Shown here piece by piece: positions 26,234-37,396 of a stretch of 57,055 nucleotides of DNA. Positions within the stretch are counted from its first letter, which is position 1. Every line of letters starts with the position of its first letter. The notes under the pieces are model-generated. The model did not search any database. It was not told where the DNA came from and worked only from the letters and a program-made list of their open reading frames with translations. Location of the stretch: contig CASEVQ010000004.1 in the NCBI GenBank assembly GCA_949291455.1, positions 1-57,055 of the forward strand, in the 5' to 3' direction. The translations under genes and the position numbers were made by a program. The DNA is from an uncultured bacterium. Lineage in GTDB: Bacteria > Bacillota_I > Bacilli_A > RF39 > UBA660.

Positions 26234-28669
26234 TTAACTATTTTCTTCCTCAATTTCTTTATCCACTATTACAACTGTAGAAACTTTTTGATTATTTTTT
26301 AATGTTATCAATCTTACTCCCTGTGTATTTCTACTTAATGTTGAAATTTGATCTAATGAAATTCTTATAGTCATTCCATTATCAGTAATTATTATTAAAT
26401 CTTCATCGCCATTTACTGTTTTTAATGAAATTAAATTTCCATTTTTTTCAGTTATATTTAATGTCTTAACTCCTTTACTTCCTCTATGTGTTAATCTATA
26501 TTCATTAATTGAAGTTTTTTTACCATATCCATTTTCTGTTACGTTAAGTACTTCTTCATTTTCTGTTACAATCTCTGCACCTACTACAACTTCATTATCT
26601 TTTAAATCTATTCCCCTTACTCCTGAACTTCCACGTCCCATTATTCTTACTTCTGTTTCAAAGAATCTTACTAAGCGGCCATTTGATGCACCAATTATAA
26701 CCTGTTTTTCTCCATTAGTTTTTCGAACAGAAATTAACTCATCGTTATCTTTCAATATAATTGCTTTTTTCCCATTATTTCTTATACTTTCAAATTCAGT
26801 CATTTCTGTTCTCTTAATTAATCCTAATTTTGTAACAAATACTAAATATTTATTTTCTTCGTTTGCCGCCATAATTGTTACAATAGAAGTTATTCTTTCA
26901 TCTTTTTCTAATGGTAATAAATTAACAATTGGCAGTCCTTTTGATTGTCTGCTAAATTCTGGTATTTCATATCCTTTCATTCTATATACTTTTCCGTAAT
27001 TACTAAACATCAATATATAATCATGAGTTTTCATTGTTACTAATTTTTCTGGAAAATCTTCTTCATTTGTTGTCATACCTTTTATTCCAACTCCACCACG
27101 ATTTTGAGTTCTAAAAGTATCATTTGGTACTCTTTTTATATATCCTTTGTTTGTAAGAGCTACTATAATATCTTCAACAGGAATTAATGATTCATCTTCA
27201 ATATAATCAATTGCAGACATATCTATTGTTGTTCTTCTTTCATCCGAATATTTTTCTTTTATTTCAAGCATCTCATTTTTTATTATGTTATTAATTTTTT
27301 CATCACTTGCTAATATAGATTTTAATTCACTAATTAATTCTAGTGTTTCTTTTAAATCTTCTTCAATTTTATCTCTTTCTAATCCTGTTAGTCTTCTTAA
27401 TTTTAATTCTAAAATTGCATCAGTTTGAGCTTCACTTAAATTAAAATTGCTCATTAGTTTGTCTTTTGCTTCTAAATCAGTTTCTGCATTTCTTATTATG
27501 TTTATTACAGCATCTAAATTGTCTAATGCTATTTTATATCCTTCTAGTATATGTGCTCTAGCTTCTGCTTTATTCAATTCAAATTTAGTTCTTCTTATTA
27601 TTACTTCACGTTGATAATCAATATATTTACTTATTATTTCTTTTATATTTAGTGTTTTTGGTACACCTTTGTCTAACATTAAGAAAATTATTCCAAAAGT
27701 TGATTGTAATGGTGTATGTTTATATAAATTATTTAACACTACATTTGGATTTGCTTCTTTTTTTAATGTAATTACTATTTTTACGCCATTTTCAATATTA
27801 GTTTCTTCGTGATAATCAGCAATTCCCTCTAATACTTTATCTCTTACTAGTTCAGCAATTCTATTTTTTAATTCCAAAGTATTTATTCCATATGGTATCT
27901 CGGTAATTACAATTCTGTGTTTGTTATTATTTTCTTCAATATTAGCTTTACATCTTATAGTTATTGTCCCTCTACCTGTTTCGTAAGCTTTTTTTATTCC
28001 ACTATTTCCTAGTATTATTGCTCCTGTAGGAAAATCTGGACCTTTTATATAATTCATTAGTTCCAATGGTGTTATTTCATTATTATCAATATATGCTATG
28101 CATCCATCAATTACTTCACCTAAATTATGAGGTGGGATATTTGTAGCCATACCTACAGCAATTCCCATTGTTCCATTAACTAATATATTTGGAAATCTAC
28201 TAGGAATTACTTCTGGTTCTTTTTCTGTTTCATCAAAATTTGCTACAAAATTTACTGTATCTTTATTTATATCTCTTAATAATTCAAGACTTATTCTAGA
28301 TAATCGTGCTTCTGTGTAACGCATTGCTGCGGCACCATCACCATCCATGTTTCCAAAATTACCATGACCATCAACTAACATGTATCTATAACTAAAATCT
28401 TGAGCCATTCTAACCATTGCTTCATATATACTAGAATCGCCATGCGGATGATATTTTCCCATTACATCTCCAACAATTCTTGCACATTTACGATGTTGTT
28501 TATCTGGAGTGTAACCTGATTCATACATTGAATATAATATTCTTCTATGAACTGGTTTTAATCCATCTCTTAAATCTGGTAATGCACGTGCTACAATAAC
28601 GCTCATAGAATATTCCAAAAAAGATGTTTGGACTTCTTTTACTATATTATTCTGTTCTAACCTATCCAT
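26234..28669 (-). CDS. gyrA: DNA gyrase subunit A
   Basis: 811 aa. [10 protein letters not shown] contains the active-site Tyr. QRDR-like [14 protein letters not shown]-terminal beta-pinwheel repeats. Confidence 0.97.
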   Translation of the reverse strand: MDRLEQNNIVKEVQTSFLEYSMSVIVARALPDLRDGLKPVHRRILYSMYESGYTPDKQHRKCARIVGDVMGKYHPHGDSSIYEAMVRMAQDFSYRYMLVDGHGNFGNMDGDGAAAMRYTEARLSRISLELLRDINKDTVNFVANFDETEKEPEVIPSRFPNILVNGTMGIAVGMATNIPPHNLGEVIDGCIAYIDNNEITPLELMNYIKGPDFPTGAIILGNSGIKKAYETGRGTITIRCKANIEENNNKHRIVITEIPYGINTLELKNRIAELVRDKVLEGIADYHEETNIENGVKIVITLKKEANPNVVLNNLYKHTPLQSTFGIIFLMLDKGVPKTLNIKEIISKYIDYQREVIIRRTKFELNKAEARAHILEGYKIALDNLDAVINIIRNAETDLEAKDKLMSNFNLSEAQTDAILELKLRRLTGLERDKIEEDLKETLELISELKSILASDEKINNIIKNEMLEIKEKYSDERRTTIDMSAIDYIEDESLIPVEDIIVALTNKGYIKRVPNDTFRTQNRGGVGIKGMTTNEEDFPEKLVTMKTHDYILMFSNYGKVYRMKGYEIPEFSRQSKGLPIVNLLPLEKDERITSIVTIMAANEENKYLVFVTKLGLIKRTEMTEFESIRNNGKKAIILKDNDELISVRKTNGEKQVIIGASNGRLVRFFETEVRIMGRGSSGVRGIDLKDNEVVVGAEIVTENEEVLNVTENGYGKKTSINEYRLTHRGSKGVKTLNITEKNGNLISLKTVNGDEDLIIITDNGMTIRISLDQISTLSRNTQGVRLITLKNNQKVSTVVIVDKEIEEENS

Positions 28670-28678
28670 AAAAACCTC

Positions 28679-30598
28679 CTATATATCCAAGTTACTTACA
28701 TATTTTGCATTCTTTTCAATAAAATCTTTTCTTGGTTCTACATCGTCACCCATTAAAGTTTTAAATACTTCATCAGCACTAATAGCATCTTCTACTGTTA
28801 TTTGTCTTAATATTCTATTTTCTTTTGCCATAGTAGTATCTCTAAGCTCATCAGCATCCATTTCTCCTAAACCTTTCATTCTTGTTATTGTATATTTTGC
28901 ATTTTCTGGAAGAGTTTTTAAATATTCATCTCGTTCTTCTTCATTTAAAACATATTTTATATTTTTTCCATAAACTACTTTAAACAATGGTGGTTGAGCT
29001 GCATATACATGACCTTTTTCAACAACTTCTCTAAAAAATCGATAAAATAATGTTAATAACAAAATTCTTATATGTGAACCATCAACATCGGCATCAGTCA
29101 TTATTATAATTTTGTCATATCTTAATTTTGAAATATCAAAATCTTCACCTATTCCTGTACCAAAAGCTGTAATCATTGTCCTTATTTCTTCATTACCAAG
29201 AGCTCTATCTAGTCTTGCTTTTTCAACATTTAAAATTTTTCCTCTTAATGGCAATATAGCTTGAGTCATATAGTCTCTTCCTTTTTTAGCAGAACCACCA
29301 GCTGAATCACCCTCGACAAGAAATATTTCTGACTCACTCGGATCTTTACTCTTACAATCAGTCAATTTACCATAAAAGTTAGTAATTTCAAGATCACCTT
29401 TTCTTCTTGTTAATTCTCGAGCTTTTTTAGCTGCTACTCTAGCACGTGAAGCTGTCATTGCTTTTTCAATAATTACTCTAGCTTGGTTAGGATTTTCCAT
29501 TAGAAATCTTTCTAAACCTTCTCCAAAAATTTTACTTGCAATTTGTCTTACTTCAATATTTCCTAATTTTGTTTTAGTTTGACCTTCAAATTGGGGATTT
29601 GGATGTTTACAAGATACAATTAATGTAATTCCTTCTTTAACGTCATCAAATAATAAACTATCATCATTATTTTTTAAAAGATTATTATTTGTAGCATATT
29701 TATTTAATATTCTAGTTAAGGCTAATCTTACACCTTCTTCATGAGTTCCACCTTCAGGTGTATTTATGTTATTTACAAACGAATATATGCATCCAGTATA
29801 TGATTCATTATATTGCATTGCAACTTCAATTGAAATATCATTTTCTGTACCATTTATATCTAAAATAGTTTCATGAATAGGAGTTCTATTTTGATTTATC
29901 ATTTTTACATATTCAGAAATTCCACCTTCATACATAAAAACATCTTCAGTGTCTGTCCTTTCATCATATAACTTTAAAGTTAAACCTCTATTTAAAAATG
30001 CTAATTCTCTTATTCTCTGTTTTAATATATCATAATCAAATATTGTTGTTTCTTCAAATATTTCAGGATCAGGCAAAAAAGTTACTATTGTTCCAGTATC
30101 ACTATTATCACATTCACCTATTATTTTCAAGGGACTTACTGGATGTCCGCCATTTTCATACCTTTGTTGATAAATATTACCATCTTTATGAACTTCTACT
30201 TCTAACCATGACGACAAAGCATTTACTACACTGGCACCAACACCATGTAAACCTCCAGATACTTTATAGCCACCGCCACCAAATTTTCCACCGGCATGAA
30301 GTACGGTATATACTGTTTCAACAGTTGACTTTCCTGTTTTAGGATGAATATCTGTTGGTATTCCACGACCATTATCAGTAACTCTTATTGTATTTTCTTT
30401 TCCTATTGTAATAGTTATTAAATCACAATACCCTGCTAAAGCTTCATCAATAGCATTATCTACTATTTCCCATACTAAATGATGAAGTCCTCTTGCGCCT
30501 GTTGTTCCTATATACATTCCAGGTCTTTTTCTAACTGCTTCTAATCCTTCTAAAACTTGGATTGATGATGAATCATATTTTTCATTATTTTTATCCAT
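28679..30598 (-). CDS. gyrB: DNA gyrase subunit B
   Basis: 639 aa. GHKL ATPase ([14 protein letters not shown]), Toprim EGDSAGG and [12 protein letters not shown]. Confidence 0.97.
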   Translation of the reverse strand: MDKNNEKYDSSSIQVLEGLEAVRKRPGMYIGTTGARGLHHLVWEIVDNAIDEALAGYCDLITITIGKENTIRVTDNGRGIPTDIHPKTGKSTVETVYTVLHAGGKFGGGGYKVSGGLHGVGASVVNALSSWLEVEVHKDGNIYQQRYENGGHPVSPLKIIGECDNSDTGTIVTFLPDPEIFEETTIFDYDILKQRIRELAFLNRGLTLKLYDERTDTEDVFMYEGGISEYVKMINQNRTPIHETILDINGTENDISIEVAMQYNESYTGCIYSFVNNINTPEGGTHEEGVRLALTRILNKYATNNNLLKNNDDSLLFDDVKEGITLIVSCKHPNPQFEGQTKTKLGNIEVRQIASKIFGEGLERFLMENPNQARVIIEKAMTASRARVAAKKARELTRRKGDLEITNFYGKLTDCKSKDPSESEIFLVEGDSAGGSAKKGRDYMTQAILPLRGKILNVEKARLDRALGNEEIRTMITAFGTGIGEDFDISKLRYDKIIIMTDADVDGSHIRILLLTLFYRFFREVVEKGHVYAAQPPLFKVVYGKNIKYVLNEEERDEYLKTLPENAKYTITRMKGLGEMDADELRDTTMAKENRILRQITVEDAISADEVFKTLMGDDVEPRKDFIEKNAKYVSNLDI

Positions 30599-31716
30599 TA
30601 TTTTTTTCCCACCTTTTCTGTTACTATTCCATCTTTTACTTTAAATATTTTTGCTTCTTCTAAAAATTTTCTATTAATTCCTCTTGTATCATTAGTTGTA
30701 ATTATTACTTGTATATCTTTATTTATGTAACCTATTAGTTTATTTCTATTTTTTATATCTAATTCACTAAAAACATCATCTAATAATAATATTGGATATG
30801 TATTAGTCATCTCTTTAAATATTTCTATTTCTGATAATTTAAGGGCAATTATAGAAATCTTTTGTTGCCCTTGCGAACCATATATTTTTATATCGTCATT
30901 ATCTATTAAAAACCGTAAATCATCTCGATGTGGTCCATAAATAGTCATGCCGTTTTCTATTTCTTTTTTTAATGAGCTCTGATATTTTTGAATTAACTTT
31001 TTTCTTATTTTTTCTTTTGAGAAATCTTCCAAATCTACATTTGTTTCATATATTACTTTAAAATTTTTTATTCCTGTTATATTTTCATATATTTTATCAA
31101 TTCTATTATTAATAAAATCTATAAATTTCTTTCTTTCTTGATAAATCTCTATTTCTCTTTCAATTAAGTTTTCAGTAACACTATCTAAATATCTATAATC
31201 TGTATTAGAACTTTTATATAACATTTTTAAATAATTGTTTCTTATTTTTAAAATCTTATTAAATTCATTATATTTTTTTATATAATTTTTAGATAATTGA
31301 CTTAGTTCGATATTAAGAAAATTTCTCCTTTCTGCAGGTGTTCCTTGTAGTATATTAATATCTTCTGGAGACATTAATATTACATTTAAATTCGTAATAT
31401 ATTCTGATATTTTTTTTATTTCATTGTTATTAACCTTAACTTTTTTCTTTTCATGGCTTAATTCAATAGTTAAACTTTTAAATATGTTATTATTTTTTAT
31501 TTCCCCTTTTACTTTTGCATTTTCGTATTTTTTATTTATTAAATTTAAATCTGTTGTACGGTATGATTTAGTTAAAGCTAAAAAATAAATACTTTCTAGT
31601 ATATTTGTTTTTCCTTGAGCATTATCTCCTATAAAAATATTTATCTTTTTGTCAAAAGTAATGGTTATTTTTTTATAATTTCTAAAATTTATTAAATTTA
31701 ATTTGCGAATTATCAT
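30598..31716 (-). CDS. recF: DNA replication and repair protein RecF
   Basis: LNLINFRNY, Walker [10 protein letters not shown], signature GSQGQQK and [11 protein letters not shown]. Confidence 0.95.
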   Translation of the reverse strand: MIIRKLNLINFRNYKKITITFDKKINIFIGDNAQGKTNILESIYFLALTKSYRTTDLNLINKKYENAKVKGEIKNNNIFKSLTIELSHEKKKVKVNNNEIKKISEYITNLNVILMSPEDINILQGTPAERRNFLNIELSQLSKNYIKKYNEFNKILKIRNNYLKMLYKSSNTDYRYLDSVTENLIEREIEIYQERKKFIDFINNRIDKIYENITGIKNFKVIYETNVDLEDFSKEKIRKKLIQKYQSSLKKEIENGMTIYGPHRDDLRFLIDNDDIKIYGSQGQQKISIIALKLSEIEIFKEMTNTYPILLLDDVFSELDIKNRNKLIGYINKDIQVIITTNDTRGINRKFLEEAKIFKVKDGIVTEKVGKK

Positions 31717-31811
31717 AAATAAACTTAAATTTGCCCATATTTACACCTTAACCTATTATTAGTATTCCCATACATACAATATAATTATATCATAAAATAA
31801 AGCTTTATACC

Positions 31812-31841
31812 AATAAAAAAAGGGATTAATCCCTTTTTTTT
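31812..31841 (-). terminator. bidirectional hairpin terminator at the comK stop
   Basis: AAAAAAAGGGA-TTAA-TCCCTTTTTTTT, a hairpin flanked by an A-run and a T-run. It overlaps the comK stop codon and separates comK from recF. Confidence 0.6.
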
Positions 31842-32284
31842 GCATTTATTCTTTTTTTTATTAATGATTCTAATCTAGTAGCTCTATAAATTTGATTATC
31901 TAACGATAGTTTGGATGTTTCAATTATTAATTCTTTTCCATTATTGAAAGTAATTTTTGTGTTTTTTCCTATTTTTTCAGTTTTTTTAATACTATTTAAG
32001 TTTATCCAACAACAATCAGCTAAAAGTGATGACTTTGTTGGGAAAAAAATTAAACAACTACTCTCTTCTATTAAAATTGGCAACTTATAACTGCATTCTA
32101 ATATACTTTTAGCTGCAGTTAGTCTTCCTTTGTAACTACTACCATAGTATTTACAGCTTTCATCCATTACTTTGTATGCATCGTTATTTATTGTTTGTTC
32201 ACCATATTTTTCTATTATTTTTGTTGTTCCTACACATAATGAAATAATTGCATACGTATCTTCATTAATTTCATAATTTTCCAT
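31826..32284 (-). CDS. comK: ComK-family competence transcription factor (short, 152 aa)
   Basis: Alignment by eye with B. subtilis ComK: SCKYYGSSYKGRL vs SCRFFGSSYAGRK; LIFFPTKSSLLADCCWINL vs IFLFPTLSSTRPQCGWISH; ITFNNGKELII..LDNQIYRATRLES vs VTFSNGKTMEL..FENQVYRTAWLRT. Confidence 0.8.
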   Translation of the reverse strand: MENYEINEDTYAIISLCVGTTKIIEKYGEQTINNDAYKVMDESCKYYGSSYKGRLTAAKSILECSYKLPILIEESSCLIFFPTKSSLLADCCWINLNSIKKTEKIGKNTKITFNNGKELIIETSKLSLDNQIYRATRLESLIKKRINAKKRD

Positions 32285-32356
32285 ATATATCCCCCTTTTG
32301 AAAAATATGGGATATATTTTATCATTAATATATGTCGTTTTTTGTCATTTTTTATT

Positions 32357-33487
32357 CTAATATGTTCTAATAGGTACCACTAATTGTATTAATCCATCTT
32401 CTTCAGTATTTTTTAAAGTTATTGGTTTAACTTCTCCTATAAATGACATTTCTACATTTTCAGTATTTAATGCATTTAAAGCCTCCATCATATATTTTGC
32501 ACTAAATGCTATCGTGATATCTTCGTTATTATTTTTTTCGATATTCATTTTCATTTCAGCTTTACCTTTTTCATTAGATACTGATTTCATAATTAAAAGA
32601 TTTCCATTTGTTGATAAAGATACAATATTTTTTTCTTTATCATTAGTTAATATACTAGCTTGTTCTATAACATTATATAATTGTGATAAATTTGCTGTTA
32701 TTTTTAATATAGAATCTTCAGGTATTAATTTTGATGTATTTGGATAATTACCGTTTATTAATCTAGATTGAAATAATAAATCATTTTCTTCTAATAATAT
32801 TTTATTGTTAAATATATGTAATTTTATTTCCCCTTCTTTATCATCAATTATTCTACTAAATTCAATTATATTTTTTCCCGGTATTATAATATTATATATT
32901 TCTTCTACAGGTTTTGTAAGTCTAATTTCTTTTTTAGCTAGTCTATATGAATCTGTTGCACTACATTCTAATATATCACCATTAATTTTAAAATTAATTC
33001 CTGTTAATACTGGTCTTGATTCATCTGTTGATGTAGCAAATGCTGTTTCTTTTACTATATTTAATAATTGTTCAGAACTTATTACTACATAATTGTCACT
33101 TTTTTCTAAATTAACATTTGGATATTCATTTTTGTTTATTACATTTAAATCATATTTAATTTTTTCATCATCTGTATATATTAATACTTTTAATTCGTCA
33201 ATTACTTCTATATTTATTTCTTCTTCTTTAATTATTCTTACTATATCAAGTATTTCTTTACCTTGTATTATAATTATTCCTTCTTTTTCCACTGACATGT
33301 TATTTTCTTCAATTTTTATAAATTTTTGAATTGTTATATCATTATTTGAAGCAGTTAATGTTAATCCATTATCTGTTAAATCAAATTTTATTCCTGCTAA
33401 GGTTGGTATTAAATTTTTTGTAGATATAGCTTTTGATACTTTGTTTAAATTTTCTAATAATAATTCTCTTTTTATTTTTAATTTCAT
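32357..33487 (-). CDS. dnaN: DNA polymerase III subunit beta (sliding clamp)
   Basis: 376 aa, three-domain clamp pattern. MKLKIKRELLLENLNKVSKAIS N-terminus and C-terminal QLVVPIRTY. Directly downstream of dnaA. Confidence 0.95.
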   Translation of the reverse strand: MKLKIKRELLLENLNKVSKAISTKNLIPTLAGIKFDLTDNGLTLTASNNDITIQKFIKIEENNMSVEKEGIIIIQGKEILDIVRIIKEEEINIEVIDELKVLIYTDDEKIKYDLNVINKNEYPNVNLEKSDNYVVISSEQLLNIVKETAFATSTDESRPVLTGINFKINGDILECSATDSYRLAKKEIRLTKPVEEIYNIIIPGKNIIEFSRIIDDKEGEIKLHIFNNKILLEENDLLFQSRLINGNYPNTSKLIPEDSILKITANLSQLYNVIEQASILTNDKEKNIVSLSTNGNLLIMKSVSNEKGKAEMKMNIEKNNNEDITIAFSAKYMMEALNALNTENVEMSFIGEVKPITLKNTEEDGLIQLVVPIRTY

Positions 33488-33618
33488 ATTTGTTCCTTCT
33501 TTCTTTTATTTATATATATTTTATTATTATTACTGTGGATATTGTTGATAACTTTTATTTTTCTTTATTTTTTAATATATTTTTATTTTTAATCTGTGAA
33601 TAAAGTGTTTATATAGTG
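33488..33618. other. oriC part 2 (dnaA-dnaN intergenic): DnaA boxes plus an AT-rich unwinding candidate
   Basis: DnaA-box-like 9-mers on the minus strand: ATATCCACA (33534-33542), the adjacent TTATCAACA (33543-33551) and TTATTCACA (33595-33603), each 8/9 to TTATCCACA. Pure A/T stretch at 33505-33530. Confidence 0.75.
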
Positions 33619-34986
33619 TTAATTATGAATATCTTTTTCTAGTTTATCAATAGTTTCAGCAAAGTTTTTGTTTGTTTTTATTTCTTGTTCTATTTTTTCA
33701 CAAGAATGCATAACAGTTGAATGATCTTTTCCTCCAAATTCTATACCTATTTTAGGAAACGATTCATCGGTAAGTTTTCTACATAAGTACATTGCTATTT
33801 GTCTTGGAAATGCAATATCAGCATTTCTTTTTTTTGATTTTAAATCTTCAATTGATATTTTAAAGTAATCTGCTACTATTTTTTGAATTCTACTAACATC
33901 ATTTTTTTCGCTAAATCCTTTATTTACGTAATCTTTTAAGGCTTCTATTGCTAAGTTTAAATCAATTTCTGCTCCCATCATTGTTGAATATGCCATTAAT
34001 CTATTTACACTACCTTCTAGTTGTCTTATATCTGTTCCTATGTTAGATGCCATATATTCTATTACTTGTTCTGGTATTTCTTTTGTTACTTGTTCTCCTA
34101 CTATTCTTTTTTTTAAAATAGCAATTTTTAATTCAAAATCTGGTGGATATATATTTACTGGTAATCCCCAACTAAATCTTGTACGTAATCTATCTTCAAA
34201 TACTTTTAAATCGTTTGGTGACCGGTCTGATGAAATAATTATTTGTTTATTTTCACCATATAAGTTATTAAATGTATGAAAAAATTCTTTTTGTGATTCA
34301 GTAGCACCAGCTAAAAATTGAATGTCATCTATTATTAATACATCTATATTTCTATATTTTTGTTTAAAAAAGTCAATGTATTCAAAATTATTTTTATTCT
34401 CTTGTTTTTTTGTTATTTCAACAAATTCTGATACAAAGGTTTCACTAGTTACGTAAAGAATTCTCTTTTTACTATGTTTTTCTATATAATTTCCAATTGC
34501 ATGCATTAAATGAGTTTTTCCTAACCCACTATTCCCGTATATAAATAAAGGATTATATGTTTCACCAGGTTTTTCTGCCACTGCTAAGGCAGCTGCATGT
34601 GCAAAACGATTACTGTTACCTACAATAAAGTTATCAAATGTATATTTTTTATTTAGATTAGATTCAAATGTATTATCATTATATATATTATTTTCAATTA
34701 TTTGAGAATTTGTTACTTCATCTTCTTGTGTTAAATCTTCTTGAATTAGAAATTCTAATTCGACGGATTCTCCAATTTCTTCTATAAAACAGGAGACTAT
34801 TAATTTTTTGTAATTATTTGCTAAATGATCTTTATGTAGTGCATATGGTACTAATATTTTTGCAACTCCCCTATTTAAATCATATAATTTTGTTTCTTCG
34901 AACCAGGTTTGATATGATAGAGAATTTATTTCACTTTTTATTTTTTCTAAAATTTTAGACCATAAAACAGAATTATCCATATTCAT
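33619..34986 (-). CDS. dnaA: chromosomal replication initiator protein DnaA
   Basis: Walker A GNSGLGKTH, IDDIQFL, box VII RTRFSWGL and C-terminal HTH GGKDHSTVMH. Start taken at the ATG after GGGGGTG; GTG 34992 or ATG 34980 are also possible. Confidence 0.97.
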   Translation of the reverse strand: MNMDNSVLWSKILEKIKSEINSLSYQTWFEETKLYDLNRGVAKILVPYALHKDHLANNYKKLIVSCFIEEIGESVELEFLIQEDLTQEDEVTNSQIIENNIYNDNTFESNLNKKYTFDNFIVGNSNRFAHAAALAVAEKPGETYNPLFIYGNSGLGKTHLMHAIGNYIEKHSKKRILYVTSETFVSEFVEITKKQENKNNFEYIDFFKQKYRNIDVLIIDDIQFLAGATESQKEFFHTFNNLYGENKQIIISSDRSPNDLKVFEDRLRTRFSWGLPVNIYPPDFELKIAILKKRIVGEQVTKEIPEQVIEYMASNIGTDIRQLEGSVNRLMAYSTMMGAEIDLNLAIEALKDYVNKGFSEKNDVSRIQKIVADYFKISIEDLKSKKRNADIAFPRQIAMYLCRKLTDESFPKIGIEFGGKDHSTVMHSCEKIEQEIKTNKNFAETIDKLEKDIHN

Positions 34987-34992
34987 AATCAC

Positions 34993-35262
34993 CCCCTGAT
35001 AGAATTCCGAGCAAATCTATATGATATTTTAACTTAAATGTGGAAAAAAGAAAAGCAAAAAATAATAAAAAAAAATATCCACAATTTATTAACAAAGTTT
35101 TCCATAGTTTTTTTGCTTTGTTTTGAATATTTTTTTGATTTTTCCACATTTTCCACATTTTTTTATTAACATGTTATTTTGTAGTTATTAACAAGTCTGT
35201 TAATTATGTTGATAACTTAAAATATGTATTGTAATCTTTATTTTTTAATGTTAATATTTTAA
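34993..35262. other. oriC part 1 (upstream of dnaA): DnaA-box cluster and strand-switch point
   Basis: Boxes: TGTGGAAAA (35039-35047, reverse orientation), ATATCCACA (35075-35083), TTTTCCATA (35097-35105), tandem TTTTCCACA TTTTCCACA (35140-35157) and TGTTGATAA (35207-35215, reverse orientation). Genes diverge here, dnaA leftward and rpmH rightward. Confidence 0.8.
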
Positions 35263-35291
35263 TTGACAAATAATTTATTGATTATTATAAT
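35263..35291 (+). promoter_or_regulatory. consensus sigma-A promoter of rpmH-rnpA
   Basis: TTGACA (35263-35268), a 17-nt spacer, then TATAAT (35286-35291). RBS GGAGGTGG follows. Confidence 0.7.
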
Positions 35292-35320
35292 AATATAGAC
35301 TTTAGTTTGGAGGTGGAATT

Positions 35321-35440
35321 ATGAAGAGAACTTATCAGCCAAATAATAGAAAAAAAGCTAAAAAGCATGGTTTTTTTGCACGTGTTAAGACAAAAGTTTT
35401 AAATAAAAGAAGAAGTAAAGGACGTAAAAAATTAGTTTAA
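35321..35440 (+). CDS. rpmH: 50S ribosomal protein L34
   Basis: Own translation; below the ORF-track size cutoff. [39 protein letters not shown]. Canonical L34 N-terminus and the conserved position before rnpA. Confidence 0.9.
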   Translation: MKRTYQPNNRKKAKKHGFFARVKTKVLNKRRSKGRKKLV

Positions 35441-35444
35441 AATA

Positions 35445-35468
35445 CCACTGTTTTCAGTGGCTTTTTTT
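35445..35468 (+). terminator. rho-independent terminator/attenuator after rpmH
   Basis: CCACTG-TTTT-CAGTGG followed by CTTTTTTT. Confidence 0.7.
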
Positions 35469-35491
35469 GTTGAAATAAATTGAGGTGTCTT

Positions 35492-35848
35492 ATGAATCGT
35501 TATCATACAGTAAAAAAAAGCAAAGATTTTTATAATATAATTCATAATGGAAGATTTTTTAAAAACAAGAGTTATGTTGTCTATGTTTATGAAAATAAGT
35601 TAGATATTTATAGATTTGGAATTTCTGTTAGTAAGAAGTTGGGTAAGGCTGTTTATAGGAATAAATATAAAAGACAACTTCGTTATATTATAGATAAATA
35701 TAAAAAATACTACCAAAATGGTTTTGATTATATTATAATAATAAGGAATAGTTATATTGATTTGAATTTTGAACAAAAAGAAAGAGATTATAAATATTTA
35801 ATTGATATGATAAATAATTATTATAAGGAGAAAATTAATGAAGCATAA
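35492..35848 (+). CDS. rnpA: ribonuclease P protein component
   Basis: Basic 118-aa protein with FGISVSKKLGKAVYRNKYKRQLR (RNR-like motif). ATG after GAGGTG; the ORF track starts at TTG 35480. Confidence 0.9.
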   Translation: MNRYHTVKKSKDFYNIIHNGRFFKNKSYVVYVYENKLDIYRFGISVSKKLGKAVYRNKYKRQLRYIIDKYKKYYQNGFDYIIIIRNSYIDLNFEQKERDYKYLIDMINNYYKEKINEA

Positions 35849-36755
35849 AAATAAAAATAAGCTAATTGTTTTGTTGTTGTTGTTATTATTTGTTTCAGCT
35901 GGCTGTACAAAACAATTAAAAAATTCTGATAATAAGGTTGTTATGAATCCTACAACAGGTCAAAGTTTAACGGAAAATATATTATGTAGGCCAGAAGATG
36001 AAGAAACTATAAATTTATATATTGAGAATGAGGTTGATGTTAATAGTTTACCTAGTTGTAAAGATTTTAATGTTACTAGTGGCGGATATGAAGGTATTTG
36101 GACAAGTGTGTTTATAAAACCACTTGCTTGGGTTATTTTAACAATAGGTGAATTTGTTAAGAGTAATGGGTTAGCTCTTATTATTACAAGTTTGTTAATT
36201 CGTTTTATTGCTTTCCCAATTACTAGAAAAACAGCAATACAGTCTGAACTTATGCAAAAAGCAAAGCCAGAATTAGATAAATTAGAAAAAAAATATGCTA
36301 ATAAAAAAGATAATGATTCGATGATGAGAAAGTCTCAAGAGATGGCTTTCATTTATAAAAAGTATAATATAAATCCAATTGCTGGTTGTTTATATGCAAT
36401 GTTGCAACTTCCTTTGTTTATAGCTTTTTTAGAGGCTATAAATAGAGTACCAGCTATTTTTGAAGAGAATTTTATAGGTTTTCAATTGGGAACAACTCCA
36501 GTAACTGGTCTTACTAATGGAAATTTTATTTATATAATTATTACTATTTTGGTTGGATTGTCTACTTATTATTCATTAAAGTTTAATTCTGCAAGTAATC
36601 CTGACAATGAACAAGTTAAATCGATGAATAAAATTATGTTTGTTATGATTTTGGTTATGTCAGTATTTATGTCTTCAGCTCTTAATATTTATTGGATAAC
36701 TACTAATTTGTTTACAATAGGACAAAATTTATTAGTTAAAAGAGAGAAGGTTTAG
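35838..36755 (+). CDS. yidC: membrane protein insertase YidC/SpoIIIJ family (lipoprotein)
   Basis: Lipobox LLLLFVSAGC. Conserved ITSLLIRFIAFPIT, LQLPLFIAF and LNIYWITTNLFTIGQ. Confidence 0.9.
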   Translation: MKHKNKNKLIVLLLLLLFVSAGCTKQLKNSDNKVVMNPTTGQSLTENILCRPEDEETINLYIENEVDVNSLPSCKDFNVTSGGYEGIWTSVFIKPLAWVILTIGEFVKSNGLALIITSLLIRFIAFPITRKTAIQSELMQKAKPELDKLEKKYANKKDNDSMMRKSQEMAFIYKKYNINPIAGCLYAMLQLPLFIAFLEAINRVPAIFEENFIGFQLGTTPVTGLTNGNFIYIIITILVGLSTYYSLKFNSASNPDNEQVKSMNKIMFVMILVMSVFMSSALNIYWITTNLFTIGQNLLVKREKV

Positions 36756-36757
36756 AT

Positions 36758-37369
36758 ATGAAAAAATATGTTTTTACTGGAAAATCTGAAGAAGAAGCTT
36801 TAAATGAAGCTATAGAAAATTTAAAAGTATCAGAAGATGATATAATTTGTAAGTTTACTGAGCAGAAAAATGGAATATTTAAAGCAAAAAAATATGAAGC
36901 TGAAATTGTTAAAAAAAGTGATATTGATGACTTTATAAAAGAGTTTACATTAAAATTAACTAAAGATATGGGATTTGATACAAAGATAGAAGCTAAGAAG
37001 CGTGATGGTGTTTTAAGTATTACTTTATATAGTGATAATAACAGTTTATTGATAGGTAAAGATGGAAAAAATATGTCCGCATTAGGTATTGTAGTTCGTC
37101 AAGTTATTTATAATGAATTAGGCTTTTTTTATAAGTTTAATTTAGATGTTGGTGAGTATAAATTAAAACAACAAAAAAATCTTGAGAGAATGGTTTATAA
37201 AATTGCACGTGATGTTGCAAAGTCTAAAATTGAAGCTAAACTTGAACCAATGAATTCTTATGAAAGAAGAATAATTCATAATGCTTTAAACGATGATAAG
37301 TATGTTTATACAGAAAGTATTGGGGAAGAACCTAATAGATGTGTTGTTATAAAACCTAGAGAAGATTAA
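36758..37369 (+). CDS. jag: RNA-binding protein Jag/KhpB (Jag_N, KH, R3H)
   Basis: GKDGKNMSALGIVV (KH GXXG) and the R3H region MNSYERRIIHNAL. Conserved position after yidC. Confidence 0.9.
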   Translation: MKKYVFTGKSEEEALNEAIENLKVSEDDIICKFTEQKNGIFKAKKYEAEIVKKSDIDDFIKEFTLKLTKDMGFDTKIEAKKRDGVLSITLYSDNNSLLIGKDGKNMSALGIVVRQVIYNELGFFYKFNLDVGEYKLKQQKNLERMVYKIARDVAKSKIEAKLEPMNSYERRIIHNALNDDKYVYTESIGEEPNRCVVIKPRED

Positions 37370-37396
37370 TTTTATTATATATATAATGGTGATGTT

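Noticed and set aside
34973-35158. A 61-aa minus-strand ORF upstream of dnaA.
   Set aside because: It lies wholly within the DnaA-box cluster and has no RBS. Its sequence is a translation of the box repeats (MWKMWK...).
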